Under the pieces are notes generated by a model. It saw only the letters and a list, made by a program, of their open reading frames with translations. It did not search any database and was not told where the DNA came from. A stretch of DNA of 64,000 bases from Stegostoma tigrinum (taxonomy: Eukaryota): positions 14,007,479 to 14,071,478 of the forward strand of contig NC_081393.1 of NCBI RefSeq assembly GCF_030684315.1, written 5' to 3'. The position numbers were made by a program, and so were the translations under genes. Positions within the stretch are counted from its first letter, which is position 1. Each line of letters opens with the position of its first letter. Below are positions 12,301 through 24,004 of this stretch, piece after piece.

Positions 12301-15300
12301 TTTAAAACGGTCAGCAAGACAGATCTAAAGGGAATTCCAGACTCTGGGCTTCTTACAGCTGCCCATGGTGGAATAATTAAAATTGGAGTCAGCAAAAAAC
12401 AAAAAAAAATTGCAATTTTTCAGAGCATTAAAAAACTGGGGGTAAAGCCATAAAGAGATGTGAAAATAGGGGTGAAGATCTTAAAATCAAAGTATTGTTT
12501 ATATGTGAGCAAAAGCAGTACTGTAAGCACCAGGTGATGGCTGGATGCGATACGGGGCTGTTTATGACCACATGAAATTTTCAAAAGGTACAGTGTGAGA
12601 GGATGGGAGGGGAATGTCAAAATAATCAAGTGGAGAGGTGTGAATGATACTTGTTCCAAAACAGCAGGTGGATAGTCAAGCAACGATAAAGCTAAAAATG
12701 CAGTGTTCATGATTATGAGAATGTGGACAGATATCCATGGAATCTTACTGCAAGAAATTTAGGCTCACCCCACACAGCATATTTGGGAGGGGATTTATGG
12801 TGCGTTATGGCCCGCATCTCAGAGTCAAAAAGCCTGCGTTCAAGTCCCACCTGTTCCAGAGGAGTGGATAAACACCTGAGCCTGTTGGCGAGAAAATATT
12901 TATAGCTACACACACACAAAATAACATATTTGGGCCTCACATGGTGTAGTGGTAGTGATCCTATCTGAGCAAGGAGGCCAAGATTTAGTCATGTTTGTTC
13001 CCAAGGATTTGTAAGAACATCTCTGAACAGGCTGATGAGAGGATAACTAGGTCAGTGGATTGCTGGTCTGACCATCACTGCTGATGCTAATCATGACTCA
13101 AAGTGTCTTCCTTCCACTAGGAACACAAATTGATAATCACACAATTTGGCATCCTTTCACAAGGCCTCACTAAAGGATATGAAACAAACATAGGATCTAC
13201 TTTTAAGCAGGTTTAAATAGTTACCACAACAGAATTAAAAACAGCCTGCGCAATGCATGTGGGATTCTCAATTGGTAGTTCAATGGCAGGACTGTGGTGC
13301 GACAGTTAATCCAAGTGAAGCAGCTAACAACGGTTGCCTTGGATCCCTGCACCTGGATTTTACCAAAAGACCTGATTTGTAAGCGTGTCTACGGACTTAA
13401 GGTGAGAACCAGATCAAATGTGGTTCTAATGCTCAAGTGTTTAGTGAACAGGCACCAAATGTCCAAGCTGCTGCTTAACTAGTCACTTTCGTAATGAGAG
13501 TAGATAGTTGCTAACACTCGCAATTTCTTTTTCTTATCGAGCCAGGACTTCAGAAATGGCTAAGTAACCCAATGGCTGAAAATGTTCAATATGAATACAG
13601 TTCTAAACTGACTCCAAAATTGGGAATACAGCAAGTTTCCAAAAAGCATGGCATCTACATCTGTTTTATTTTACAAACCATGAATTCAATTTTTTTCTGT
13701 GCACTAATGAGCTAGAACAGGACAAATCCAGTGAAGACTGCAACAGATCAAAACAAGTCATCCAGTCAGGAGAAATTTGACCAAACTTGTATTCTTACAC
13801 AAAGCAAACTCGTCTGATATTTTAAATGGTAGCTTATTTTACTTTTAACGTTGAGAACCTTCAGTTAGAAACTACTTGCTAAGAACTTTTTGAATGGAAG
13901 CACTGAAACAAAGAGTTAAAGGGTGAATTGAAGATGCATTTTAGATCACCGCTTAGAGGTTTTAGGTTTATAAAACATGCTGGACTATTTAATTCCCTGC
14001 TTCCAAATAGGCCTTCTGTAATTACCAGCTTTCATCACTCAAGCAAAACAACTGCCCAAGCAATGCGTCGGAGGGACACGGGCGCAAAACGCAAAGCTGC
14101 GCACGCTTAAAATCATAATGAAGAAGCCTATAATGAACGCAATAGCTTTTCGGTATTCAGCATAATGAAAGTTTAGGATTAACCACTTATGATGTTAACT
14201 GTAACTGAACATTGCAGATCAAACAGCAATTATTAAAGCGATATCCCTGGTAGGAACTACGTGCATGTTACAAGACATGGTTAAATATGTACGCGTTGTC
14301 CATCAAGAGCTGCAGTATCCATGGCAGTGATTGTAATTATCCCTTAACATAACACCACAAACTAAAAACGACGTTTTATCCATTTCAACATTCGTAGTAA
14401 TTAGATTACGCCATGACGGGAACTACTTAGATCTTTCTCGCTGGTGTAACTCACGATTCCTCGAAACTGATAGAGAAGCACGCTCACTGTCCAACCTCCA
14501 GATTTAGAATCGACAGCTGTTATTTTAGAAGCTTACCTTGAAAGAAGCCCGTGGATTTAAAGAGAATGACTATTAGACATGGTCAAATAAGGACAACATT
14601 GATGTAATACGAGTTTTCAACACAGGCTTTTGTCAAACGCCTTTTGAGCGATCAAAAAAGCCAGGTAATACGGTTATTTGCTCTGTACAGAGTTTTTCCA
14701 CTGAGTACCATAATGTTACCCAAACCTCCAAAACAGTAGTTCGACCAACAAAACACGTACGTGCAAACGGACAGGCAAAACAGAAACGATGCCCAAACAA
14801 ATGATGCCCAACAGGCTTCAAAGAGATCTTCTCAGAGACCGTTTACTGTTACGTTACAACGGAAAACAGATTAAATAGCTCCACACAAGTTAGGATCTAA
14901 ATATCACACAGGGGACTCGACTGACCGAGGGTAGACGAAGAGCGAGCAGCGCGTGATTAAATTTTGGCAGAACCGTCTCGGAAACCTAATGCAGTTCGAA
15001 ATTTAGTTTCGTTTCCGCTGCGTGCTGCGTCTGAATGCACTGAGAATACTGACTTATCGTCGGACAGACACACAATAGACTTCAATATTCATGAGAGGAA
15101 CTCGCCTAATTAACAACGGAAAACGTCAGTCAGATTGCTTTTTTATGCGCTGTTTGAAAGGGGTTGGTAACTTACCACCTCCCAACACCACACACTCCCC
15201 CCGCCCCAGTCACAGGACACGAGCATCGGGTGGGGGCAGCCACTGCAGCCACATGGAAACCGACAATCTACAATGACACTTCATTCATTGGAAACGTGTT

Positions 15301-15711
15301 TGAACTTGTTAACTTCCTTTCTCTCGACCTAGCACCGAAAAGCACCCCAAATGAGGAGTTGGAATAGGAGAGAGAGGAAACGTGCGGATCGTGGAAATTT
15401 TACTCCCACGGAACCGCGATCAACGCGGTTCACGTTGACCGGCATTTAGATCACCCTGGCGTAAGCAAATAGAGATATTTCATCATGCTGCAGTAGCAGC
15501 CTCATGCTCCCACTCGTCCCACAGGAAAGATAAGCTCTTCTCCACCCACGGCACGCAAAGCAGGCGAACGCATCCTCAACCTGCGACATGAGGGAAACAG
15601 CATCTTGGCGAAAGAGGGGGGAGATACCGACCTCAAAGCGCTCAGGTGCAGTTGGCGGTGAAAACACAGCCTACCCAGGCTGCTGCGGAAAAGCCCGCTG
15701 CTATGTGCCAT
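3244..15711 (-). CDS. MTHFD2: Mitochondrial bifunctional methylenetetrahydrofolate dehydrogenase/cyclohydrolase; partial gene span, exons 1-5 join(15632-15711,10049-10233,7145-7267,4358-4510,3244-3351); 3' exons lie outside the window
   Basis: Spliced peptide MAHSSGLFRSSLGRLCFHRQLHLSALRNEAVVISGRRLA...DVDGFHVINVGRMCLDQ...GIPTLGKNVVVAGRSKNVGMPIAMLLHTDGAHERPG; all introns GT-AG and in phase; neighbour is MOB1A as in human 2p13. Confidence 0.95.
3487..3826 (+). mobile_element. Second SINE family copy
   Basis: Collinear similarity to 54808-55212 (aaaacccatctgg, ctgccatccttacctggtct, cagcgatgcccacat, A tail). Confidence 0.75.
4358..4510 (-). CDS. MTHFD2: MTHFD2 exon 4 (153 nt)
   Basis: EHLDERKICNAVSPTKDVDGFHVINVGRMCLDQKSMLPATPWGVWEIIQRT; donor gtaatt. 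Confidence 0.96.
7145..7267 (-). CDS. MTHFD2: MTHFD2 exon 3 (123 nt)
   Basis: GITSETILKPANITEEEVLQLIDKLNKDDQVDGLLVQLPLP; acceptor cag, donor gtgaga. Confidence 0.95.
9701..9918 (-). mobile_element. Penelope-like mini-insertion with internal inversion, two hammerhead-like cores and a 14-bp TSD
   Basis: Direct repeat CTATTTTTCACCAT at 9687-9700 and 9919-9932; a 73-nt unit is duplicated. Confidence 0.85.
10049..10233 (-). CDS. MTHFD2: MTHFD2 exon 2 (185 nt)
   Basis: ttcag|A AAT GAG GCA (NEAVVISGRRLA...RPHLSVVLIGDNPASHSYV); donor TAG|gtatgg. Confidence 0.95.
12938..13045 (+). mobile_element. Short tRNA-headed SINE-like fragment; related copies at ~12800, ~18363, ~18495 and ~62920 (-)
   Basis: Shared motif ggtgcagtggtagtgtccctacctctgag...ttcaagtcccacctg...aacatctctgaacagg. 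Confidence 0.5.
15632..15711 (-). CDS. MTHFD2: MTHFD2 exon 1 (mitochondrial presequence)
   Basis: ATG at 15711; Arg/Ser/Leu-rich, acid-free peptide MAHSSGLFRSSLGRLCFHRQLHLSAL; donor GAG|gtcggt, phase 2, fits exon 2; CpG-rich context. Confidence 0.88.
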
Positions 15712-15719
15712 ACTTCCAG

Positions 15720-16100
15720 TTGCGTTGACCAGACACAGAACGATACTATTCACCGCCTTTCACATCTCCTTGACGTTCACAAAAGGCGGGTTTTAGGTTG
15801 TTACCCAACGCCCTAGGCGGAACCCAATTGGCTGCCTCGCGCAAACGTCTCCCTTGCGAATCCGCTGTTGATTAGCCAGCACCTGTCCGTCAACTGTTTC
15901 TATTTCGGTTACCGCGCAACAAACGCACGTCACCAATTCGATGGTCCCTGACCTCTTGGGGCGGGAGAGTGCTTCTGCACTAGAATCACAGCTGTCGTGG
16001 CTCGGCAAAGCAAGACTGTTTGTGCTGCGGAGAAGTTCGTGTTTCACCGTAAATAAACGATGGAACCAACATGCCGCAGACTTCTTACATTTCTATTTCT
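15720..16100 (-). promoter_or_regulatory. MTHFD2 CpG-rich promoter
   Basis: CpG-dense region immediately upstream of the ATG exon, with CCAAT (CCCAATTGG ~15824; CCAAT ~15933) and GC-box (GGGGCGGGA ~15958) motifs. Confidence 0.6.
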
Positions 16101-16401
16101 TTCCTCAAACGGCCAGCCCACAACTACTCCACAATCAATCGCCCTCGCCGCCACCTCGCACCTTAAACCCGTCATGTGCATTGAAATTCTGCCACACCAC
16201 TCTTAGACTGTGCAACGACTCGTCTGCCATTTGTCAACACACACCTTCTTCCATTCCAGTTGAGAGTCAATTGGCTAATGCTGGATCTGCATCGTTCATG
16301 GTGTTTTAAGAGGGGAGTGATGTTTCGGTTTTTGCGTACAGCGTCCACGCAAAGCACAATTTTGGTTGCATACGTAGACGATTCTCTGGCACGAAACTAG
16401 G

Positions 16402-16720
16402 GGAGGTAATGGCCTCACGGTATTAGTGCTGGAGCGTTAATCGAGAGACCCAGGTAAGGGGAAGCCCGGTTTGAATCCCGTTACGACGAATGGTAGAAGT
16501 TTGATTTCAATTTTAAAAAAAATCTGGAATTAAGAATCTAATGATGACCGCGAATCGATTGTCAGGAAAAACCTTATCTGGTTCACGAATGGCCTTTAGG
16601 AGTAGGAAAATGCCATTCTTTGTGCTTCAAAAAATCTGCTCACCTCAAATGCCCGCTGGTCAATTCGGTATTTGCCATATATACTGGCAGCCCAGCGCCA
16701 CCCTCATCCCGTGAATAAAT
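16402..16720 (+). mobile_element. Second SINE family copy
   Basis: Collinear similarity to 54808-55212 (aatctggaattaagaatctaatgatgacc, ggttcacgaatggcctttagg). Confidence 0.75.
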
Positions 16721-16899
16721 GAAGGGGAATAACTGCAGGAGCTGCATCCGAGGTCAGAGCGAGGTTATTGCTGCAGGGAGATGTTACGTCCTAAAAAGGT
16801 TTCCTGTGCTCCTGGCAGGCTCTTGTACGTGCAAAATAAACTGGAACTTGTTTGGCTAAATAGAGCAGGCGCGGATGAGATATTCGCATGAACTGAAGT

Positions 16900-18290
16900 A
16901 TCTGCAAGAAGACGTAAAGTGAACTCTCCCTATTTATATCCCATCCACCACCGTTTAAACGTTCTAATTGTACCAGGCTCGAGCACTCCTGGGGGTAGCT
17001 CATTACCCGTATCCCCATAATGTATGAATTTGCTTCTCACTTAAATCCTTTTTGTGTTCCAGTTTCATACCACACCCCAACCCCACCAAAACACTGGCAA
17101 AGACCTTGTACACGTGCCGAGTGAGTTTGTAAACCTCTCAAGAATGGCGGTAGACCTCAGCCATTCCAGAAAGAAAAGCCCCAGCTTCCTCATCCTCTCC
17201 CTACATCTCATCCCCTCCAAGCCCAGAAACATCCTTTTATATCTTTTTATAATCTTTTCTCAGTTTCACCACAACTTTCCTCAAGTATTGCAGGCAGTAT
17301 TCCAGAACCCATTGTCCCCAACTGCAACAACCACATCCAAACTCTTTTATAGGTCGGTGCCTTGAGTACCCCTATCCTGTCTGACCCTCAAGAAACCATG
17401 ACCCTCAAGAAACCATGACCCTCAAGAAACCATGACCCTCAAGAAACCATGACCCTCAAGAAACCATGACCCTCAAGAAACCATGACCCTCAAGAAACCA
17501 TGACCCTCAAGAAACCATGACCCTCAAGAAACCATGACCCTCAAGAAACCATGACCCTCAAGAAACCATGACCCTCAAGAAACCATGACCCTCAAGAAAC
17601 CATGACCCTCAAGAAACCATGACCCTCAAGAAACCATGACCCTCAAGAAACCAGGCACAAGGATCTTACCATTTAAGTGTTTAAAGTCCTGTATTTAAAT
17701 TTACAATACCAAAATTCAACAACTGACAATTATATCAATTTAACTTCATCTACTAGCCCAACTGAGGAAGGTCATATTACTAACAACCTTCACGGTCCAC
17801 TACACCAATTTTGGTGTCATGTGTAAACTTATTAACAATTCCTCCTAAATTCACATTCAAACCATTTAAAACAATGATCTTTGCATCAGACTGCTGGTCA
17901 CCTATCATCACCTATCTTAGAGGGCATTAATGTATCTAAAATGGCAAACTCTCCCTGGATCTAACCCTTGCTAACCAGTTTACTACAGGGAACTTTTCAA
18001 ACACCTCGTTTAAATTCAGGAAGATATCTCTTCTCCTGCTTTCAAATCGATCTTGACAATTCTTCCAAAAACTCAATGTCCCCTGCTCAAAGCCATATCT
18101 ACCGTCCCTAAATCATCCTTACTTTTCCCCATGCATCACCATCCTGCCCCTCATAATCCCCTGCATCAACTTTCCCTTACTGGTGGCAGGTTTACCAGTT
18201 TACAGTTGCCTGGCTTTTCCTTTCACCTTAAATAATGATATTGCATTAGCCATCTTCCTGTCTTCTGCCACCTCATCTGTGGCTACTGAT
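16900..18290 (-). mobile_element. Decayed CR1-clade LINE fragment hosting the minisatellite (boundaries approximate)
   Basis: Reverse complement resembles the RT/3' region of the young CR1 at 51-52 kb (e.g. ctacaccaattttggtgtcat, aacttcatc). Confidence 0.6.
17382..17653. repeat. Minisatellite, 16 perfect copies of the 17-mer TGACCCTCAAGAAACCA
   Basis: 272 bp = 16 x 17, no spacers and no variant units. Confidence 0.97.
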
Positions 18291-19637
18291 GAAACAGATA
18301 TTGCAGTTGCTTCCCATAAAGACTGGATGAAAACCAGACAACATGAATCATTTCACATAACTTGGAGGGTCCAGATTCAAGTCCCACCTCGCCCAGAGAT
18401 GTGACATGCCATTTGTGAATGGTGTGATTAGAAAGTCCAACTCTTACAGGGACCTGCATTTCTTACCGTGACTCACTATCAGATATGCAGCAAGGCTTGT
18501 GATGCAGCGGTCATATCCCTAACTCTGAGGCATGACACCCAAGTTCAAGTTGCACATGCTGGAGAGGTGTGGTTTAACATCCTTAATCATATCTAAGAAA
18601 ATATTTCAGACAGACAACAGCCAGAAATTTCACAGTAGCAAATGCATTATAATCTAGTAGGACAAGAATTTTTCAGGAGTATGATACTCAAATCATATTT
18701 TCAGAGCAAAATAATGGCACAAGCAACATCAAAGGCACACCTTGACCATCAGCTGATAAGGCATGGGAAAATGCCAGAAAGAAAGCCTTCAAGGATTGAA
18801 GGGTTGGGAGACAGACTGAAATCTCAAATGATGATTATATTACCTGCCTAATGCTTTTCTCCCTCTTAAAAGGGAGATATATGGTTCTTGAATCCTTCTG
18901 CAAAGTTTCTCACCATCTACGCAGTTCAGATCTTCTGGATTTTGCGCAAGTCCATCACATATCCTTCATGTTTTCATTCTGGCAGAGAAATCAAGTTTGT
19001 ATCCCACCCACATCATTGCTCTTTTCAATCAAGTGTAAAGGTTTTAGCAACCTGATGGTGTTATACCCACAACGTTAACACTGCAGGGATGACAGAACCC
19101 GGAATTCTATGCAGATTTCTGTTAACTATTATGCTTTTATGACACAAAATTGGAGAGAGAAGTGTATAGTAAAGTGGATTGTCATGAAGTCTGCACCCGC
19201 ACTACCTATTGACTGGAACACCATTTTGTGTTACCTTGTCCTTCTGAACCCATTTAGTCAGCTCATATTCATAGGCAAGAGACAGGTCATCTACTACTGA
19301 GCAGGCCATTTTTCTCTACTGCAACTTGTCTGCTTAAGGCCAATACTTGTCTCTGATGTTACATCTTCAAGCCGATGTTCATGGTTTTGCAATGGTGTCC
19401 TGTACAACCATGTCTCAATTAAACCAAGAAGCAGAGATTCCAACATTAACCATTCGTTCATGGGTGAAAATTAACATCCCCATAGCTCAGTAATCTAATT
19501 TTGCAAGGCTTTCTTCAAAAAGGGGTGATCCTTGTGCAAAGGTGGGAACGGGATTACAGAACACAGCAGGGAATTAGGCAGGAGACGTCACACATCTCCC
19601 CTGTCTAAACATATGAACTGGGATACATGAGTTTGAA

Positions 19638-19950
19638 GCAGCACAGTGTCTCAGTGGTTAGCACTGCCGCTTCACAGCAGCGCCAGAGACCTGGGTTCGA
19701 TTCTGCCCTTGGTGGCTGTCTGCGTGGAGTTTGCACATTCTCCCAGTGTCTGTGTGGGTTTCCTGTTTTCCTCCCACAGTCCGAAGATGTGCAGGTTAGG
19801 TGGATCAACCATGCTAAATTGCCTGTAGATTTCAGGGATGTGTACATTAGGTGGGTTATAGAGGAATGGGTCTGGGTGGGATGCTCCAAGGTTTGATGTG
19901 GACTTGATGGGCCGATGGGCCTCTTTTCACACCGTGGGGATTCTATTCTA
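19638..19950 (+). mobile_element. tRNA-derived V-SINE (HE1-like)
   Basis: A box (tcagtggttagc), B box (gggttcgattc), V domain (tggagtttgcacattctccc...gggtttcc), CR1-like tail gggccgatgggcctct and (ttcta)n. Confidence 0.88.
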
Positions 19951-21838
19951 CAATCTGAGGTTAAAACCAGTCCAGGACCATGATACACTGACAGACTTGA
20001 CTGAACTGGACATAAAGATTTTGAATCCCTGGCTACAAAGTACTTCAGAAAACAGCAAGGACAAAAGATGGTAATAATAACGAGAACAGTGACATGTACG
20101 ATGACTTCTCGTCAATATTTTTCCAGGCCAAATTGTTGTTCAGAATGATCTAGCATTAAGTGCACACAACAAGTGATTCAACAGGAAATCTTCAGCAAGT
20201 ACAGAAGTATACCAAGCAGTTCAAGTCATCCATCACACTGCAATTATGAAATAAAGGACCAGGAACGAAGGTCAAAATACTTCAAAGGAGATAGAGTAAT
20301 TTCAGAGTCGAGAACTGGCCCAGATGGTTTGAAATATTAAACAAGAACTAGTTCTCAACTAATGGGAGGCTTCTTCAGTTATGTTAGCACACAATGCAAT
20401 GAAGGCAAAAGCCAGAGCAAAAAAATGATTAAAACCTCTAGGATAATAGTTCCCGTAATAGAAAAGGAATCAATCAAATCAACGATTCACAAGATCAATC
20501 TTTCAAGGCTCAGCCCAAAGTGAGTACATGTCAGGCTTCAAATCTTGACATTTTTACAGTCATTACCACAAGGATCACCAAAATTCCTTCAGTGAATATT
20601 ATCTGGGACATCTCACTGTTGCATGCAAACTATTCATTTGATAGCATTTACCTTCACCAAATCTGTTGTTTGCTATCGTACCTCTGGTGTTTGAATTCTC
20701 AGCAGGTTAATAGCAACACTGAAAGACAAAATGTCTTAACCATAAGCCACTGCCAAGGTACCATGGATACAATGTTTTGGAAAGGGAGAACAAAAAAGGC
20801 AACAAATGAGATAGAAGTTTGAAGAGGATGCAAGTCACAAGAAGGATTCCCAAGATCAATTATTTTTCTGTTACAAAAACAATACTGCAGATGTGTCAGT
20901 TCTGAAGAGGAGTTACTGAACAAGATGTTAACTCTATTTAGTCTGCACAGGTGCTGCCAAACTTGTACAGTTCCTCCACCCATTTACTTTTGTCATAGTT
21001 CTTTTCCATCTCTAGTTAGGAGTACAAACTCTAGCATCGCAGGGCTCATCGGCCACAAGCCAATGACTGATTCATCGTTTCAGAAATTTGATGGTTCTTC
21101 AAAAGGAATGCACCATCAAGCAAGTCAGCCACTGAAGAAAATGGACAGGATTTGTCTCAAAATCTAAGAACAGATTGGAAGACTGAATGACAGTATAGAC
21201 CGTAACACGAAAAAAACGGAAACCATCTCTGCTGTGGTCATGTTCAGAATGCTGACTGTATCACCGGGCAAACTACAAACCAGTGGTGTGAAGTCCATTC
21301 TCTTAATTATCACTTGACAATCTCACCAAGACCTGCTGTATAGAGCAACTTAAGGAGTTCAACACAGTCATTCATCCCACTGCACGTGCACCAATATTAC
21401 ACAAGCAATCTGATGTGACCCATTGCACTAGATCTCACCCAGTTGTGACAATATCTATCAAACTAAAACTAGTAATTCTTCTGTACCATCTAAAAACAGT
21501 GCATTTCAAAATTGTGAAATGTTTCTCCATGTGACCTTGAATTTATTCCCCCTAGTTACTTTATACCTTTTCTCACCTATATTCATTCAGCCCTTCATGA
21601 AAAATATCGTGTATACTAATGGGCTATTTATAGTAACCCTGTGCAATTCACATCTGTAAATAAAATCTACAGCTTCACCCTCTAAATCTCCACTTCTCCA
21701 GGCAAAGTCTATTGCACAAATGTGAAGTTGGCAATCATGTACACAAGTTCAGGGATGAGCTAAAACCCCACATCAGCAATCTTACCCTTTAAAGCCCTGA
21801 ATAAAGTTTGTCCTGTTCACATTTTTCTGAAATTACTC

Positions 21839-21844
21839 TTTATT
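21839..21844 (-). terminator. Candidate polyadenylation signal of the hnRNP H-like gene
   Basis: AATAAA on the - strand with an upstream TGTA element (~21862-21867); a second AATAAA at 21542-21547. Confidence 0.45.
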
Positions 21845-22994
21845 ATATTCACCATTAGAAATGTACAGTAAGTCATCTTTCACATATGTTGAAAAAAGTA
21901 CAGGTTTCAGAAGCTGCACATTCAAGTGTCAAGGTCAATATGTCCCACTGAACAAAACATGGTAACCAAAACACCACCTTTCAGCATGGAATGCAGGTAT
22001 TCCTCTCATTTTTAAAACTACACTGCTAACAGTCAAAAAATTAAGAATCAAGGTTAAAAACGATGTGAACCAGACATACTTTTAAAAAAACTAACTGTCG
22101 AAGAAAACATGTTCGCTTGGATTTCCAATAGCAACACTTAAGAATATACGCTGGAGGAACTGACAGCTCAACATCGTTTTAAACACCATGTATCTGCTTC
22201 TTCATTTTTAATCTGCATTCCACAAGTCATAACAAGAAAATATGCCAACTGAGAACCTCACAGTTAGCTGTTAAAGTTAGCTTGAGGGGGCCATAGAAGT
22301 GAACACAACAACAAAAAGATGCAAAACTTGAACTTGGAACAGTATTTGCAGTTGTGGTCTAATTAGCAAGTAATGGGACAATGGCTTATGAAGACGTAAC
22401 TGTAAGATGTTCTACCAGATGTCCATAACCGCACATTTCTACATGTGACATTCAACCTCAAACTGAACAAAGTGTGGACATTTTGGTGGTGGTCCTCCGG
22501 CTAAGACCACAGAAGGAAGTTAAATCTCTCCCAGTTTCATTTTTAAATGGTACCACCGAAGTTAAAAAAAATTCACAATCACACAACTTGCTCATCTGAG
22601 AAGGTTTTAAAAGATGATCCAATGTTAGATTTAGTTTAGTTAAAATAATAATGTAAGAATTCATCGAAAGAAGGCTTTGAACCAGATGTTTACTTTGATT
22701 TGCCACATTCACTTAAGTCCAAAATTATCAAAGAAGTAGTTAACTCTTCATCAGGTCTCACACCTGAAGCTTCAAACAATGTTACCCAAGCCTGGGCAAA
22801 CATGGGTTTTACACCAAAACATGTAAAAAAATAAAAAGAATTGCAAAGTAGCTCTATTAGTAAAAATATTACTGCTTTTGGTATTGAAGAAAACAAACAG
22901 CAACACTGCTGCATTGGTCATCCATTATGAAATTGTGGCAGAGTTTGGGTTCTTGAAGCTTCTGGCTCATGGCCTGATGAGCATAATTTTAAGT

Positions 22995-23092
22995 TTACAT
23001 TCTCCATCCAGCCATGCTTGTATCTATATTGCCCATTCCCATGTGCTGATTTGGATTGCTCGAATATCCACCTCCTCCCATACCACCATAAC
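22995..23092 (-). CDS. hnRNP H-like last coding exon
   Basis: [35 protein letters not shown] at 22997-22995. Confidence 0.88.
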
Positions 23093-23971
23093 CTGCAATT
23101 AGGAGAAAAAAAAACTGTTTAGAACTACCTCCCACATTTTGTATTAACAAACTTCAAAGCGCCAATATTACATTCAGCAGGTGTATTAGATTTGTGTAAA
23201 ACAAAGAATTAATCCGAGATAAATTGTCACCAATTATTCATTTCACACAAAGTTACCTATTAAGAGGACAAATGTGATAAATTCTCCCAAAGCTTTTAAT
23301 TTCCCAAATAAAGCATCTCATCCACACGTAGGGACCAAAGCTTTTGTAACATACACAGCTGCACTTACCAAATCCACGCGCATTTCCAGGATTTCCATAT
23401 CCACCATAGCTATTGCCCATATTACCGTAGCTATTTCCCATAGCCTGGGTGTTATGACCATAGCCCCCTTGATTGCCTGTGGATCAACAGAAAATGCACA
23501 CTTTCATTTATCGCTCTTCCCCCATAATGAACCAATAACAGACACTCTCTGACTAAAGCACTATCATTTGTCTACATTCAGCAATCAAGCACTCAAATCA
23601 CTAGGCATCAATATTGCCCAGAACTATTTGCATGGAGGCTGCAAGTCAAATCCTCTTTCCTTCAGGGGGCAGATAATGGAGCATAGCTGACAGCATAGTA
23701 CTGGGGGTAAAATGACCCCCCCACACTAACATCATGATTCCAATAAAATGCCACTTTGCTATTTCTGCTGAAACCAAGCAAAAAGAATTCTAGAGAGATT
23801 ATCTTCATAAACCATGGCTATCTGCATCCATTACATAAAAATCAAACAGCAAATGCTTACATCTAGCAGTCAGAAATCACACACAGGTAGTTTCTATCTG
23901 AGGGTGCAATCACAAAACCTTTCTCCAAAACAGAAGGAAATTCAGCACTACTTCAGACAACAACTTTTTTT

Positions 23972-24004
<33 letters not shown>

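Noticed and set aside
15712-15753. N-terminal extension of MTHFD2 from the ORF track (MNSIVLCLVNATGS)
   Set aside because: That ORF starts at a GTG; the ATG at 15711 has good context and gives a typical presequence.
17382-17653. CRISPR-like array
   Set aside because: Units are directly adjacent with no unique spacers, there are no cas genes, and the DNA is vertebrate; it is a minisatellite.
19638-19720. Functional tRNA gene
   Set aside because: The A/B boxes continue into a V-SINE body and LINE-like tail; this is a SINE head, as at 50.2 and 60.4 kb.
23257-23368. Extended penultimate hnRNP exon using TAG|gtaact
   Set aside because: The proximal gtaagt donor is stronger and in phase; the extension peptide is unlike the family.
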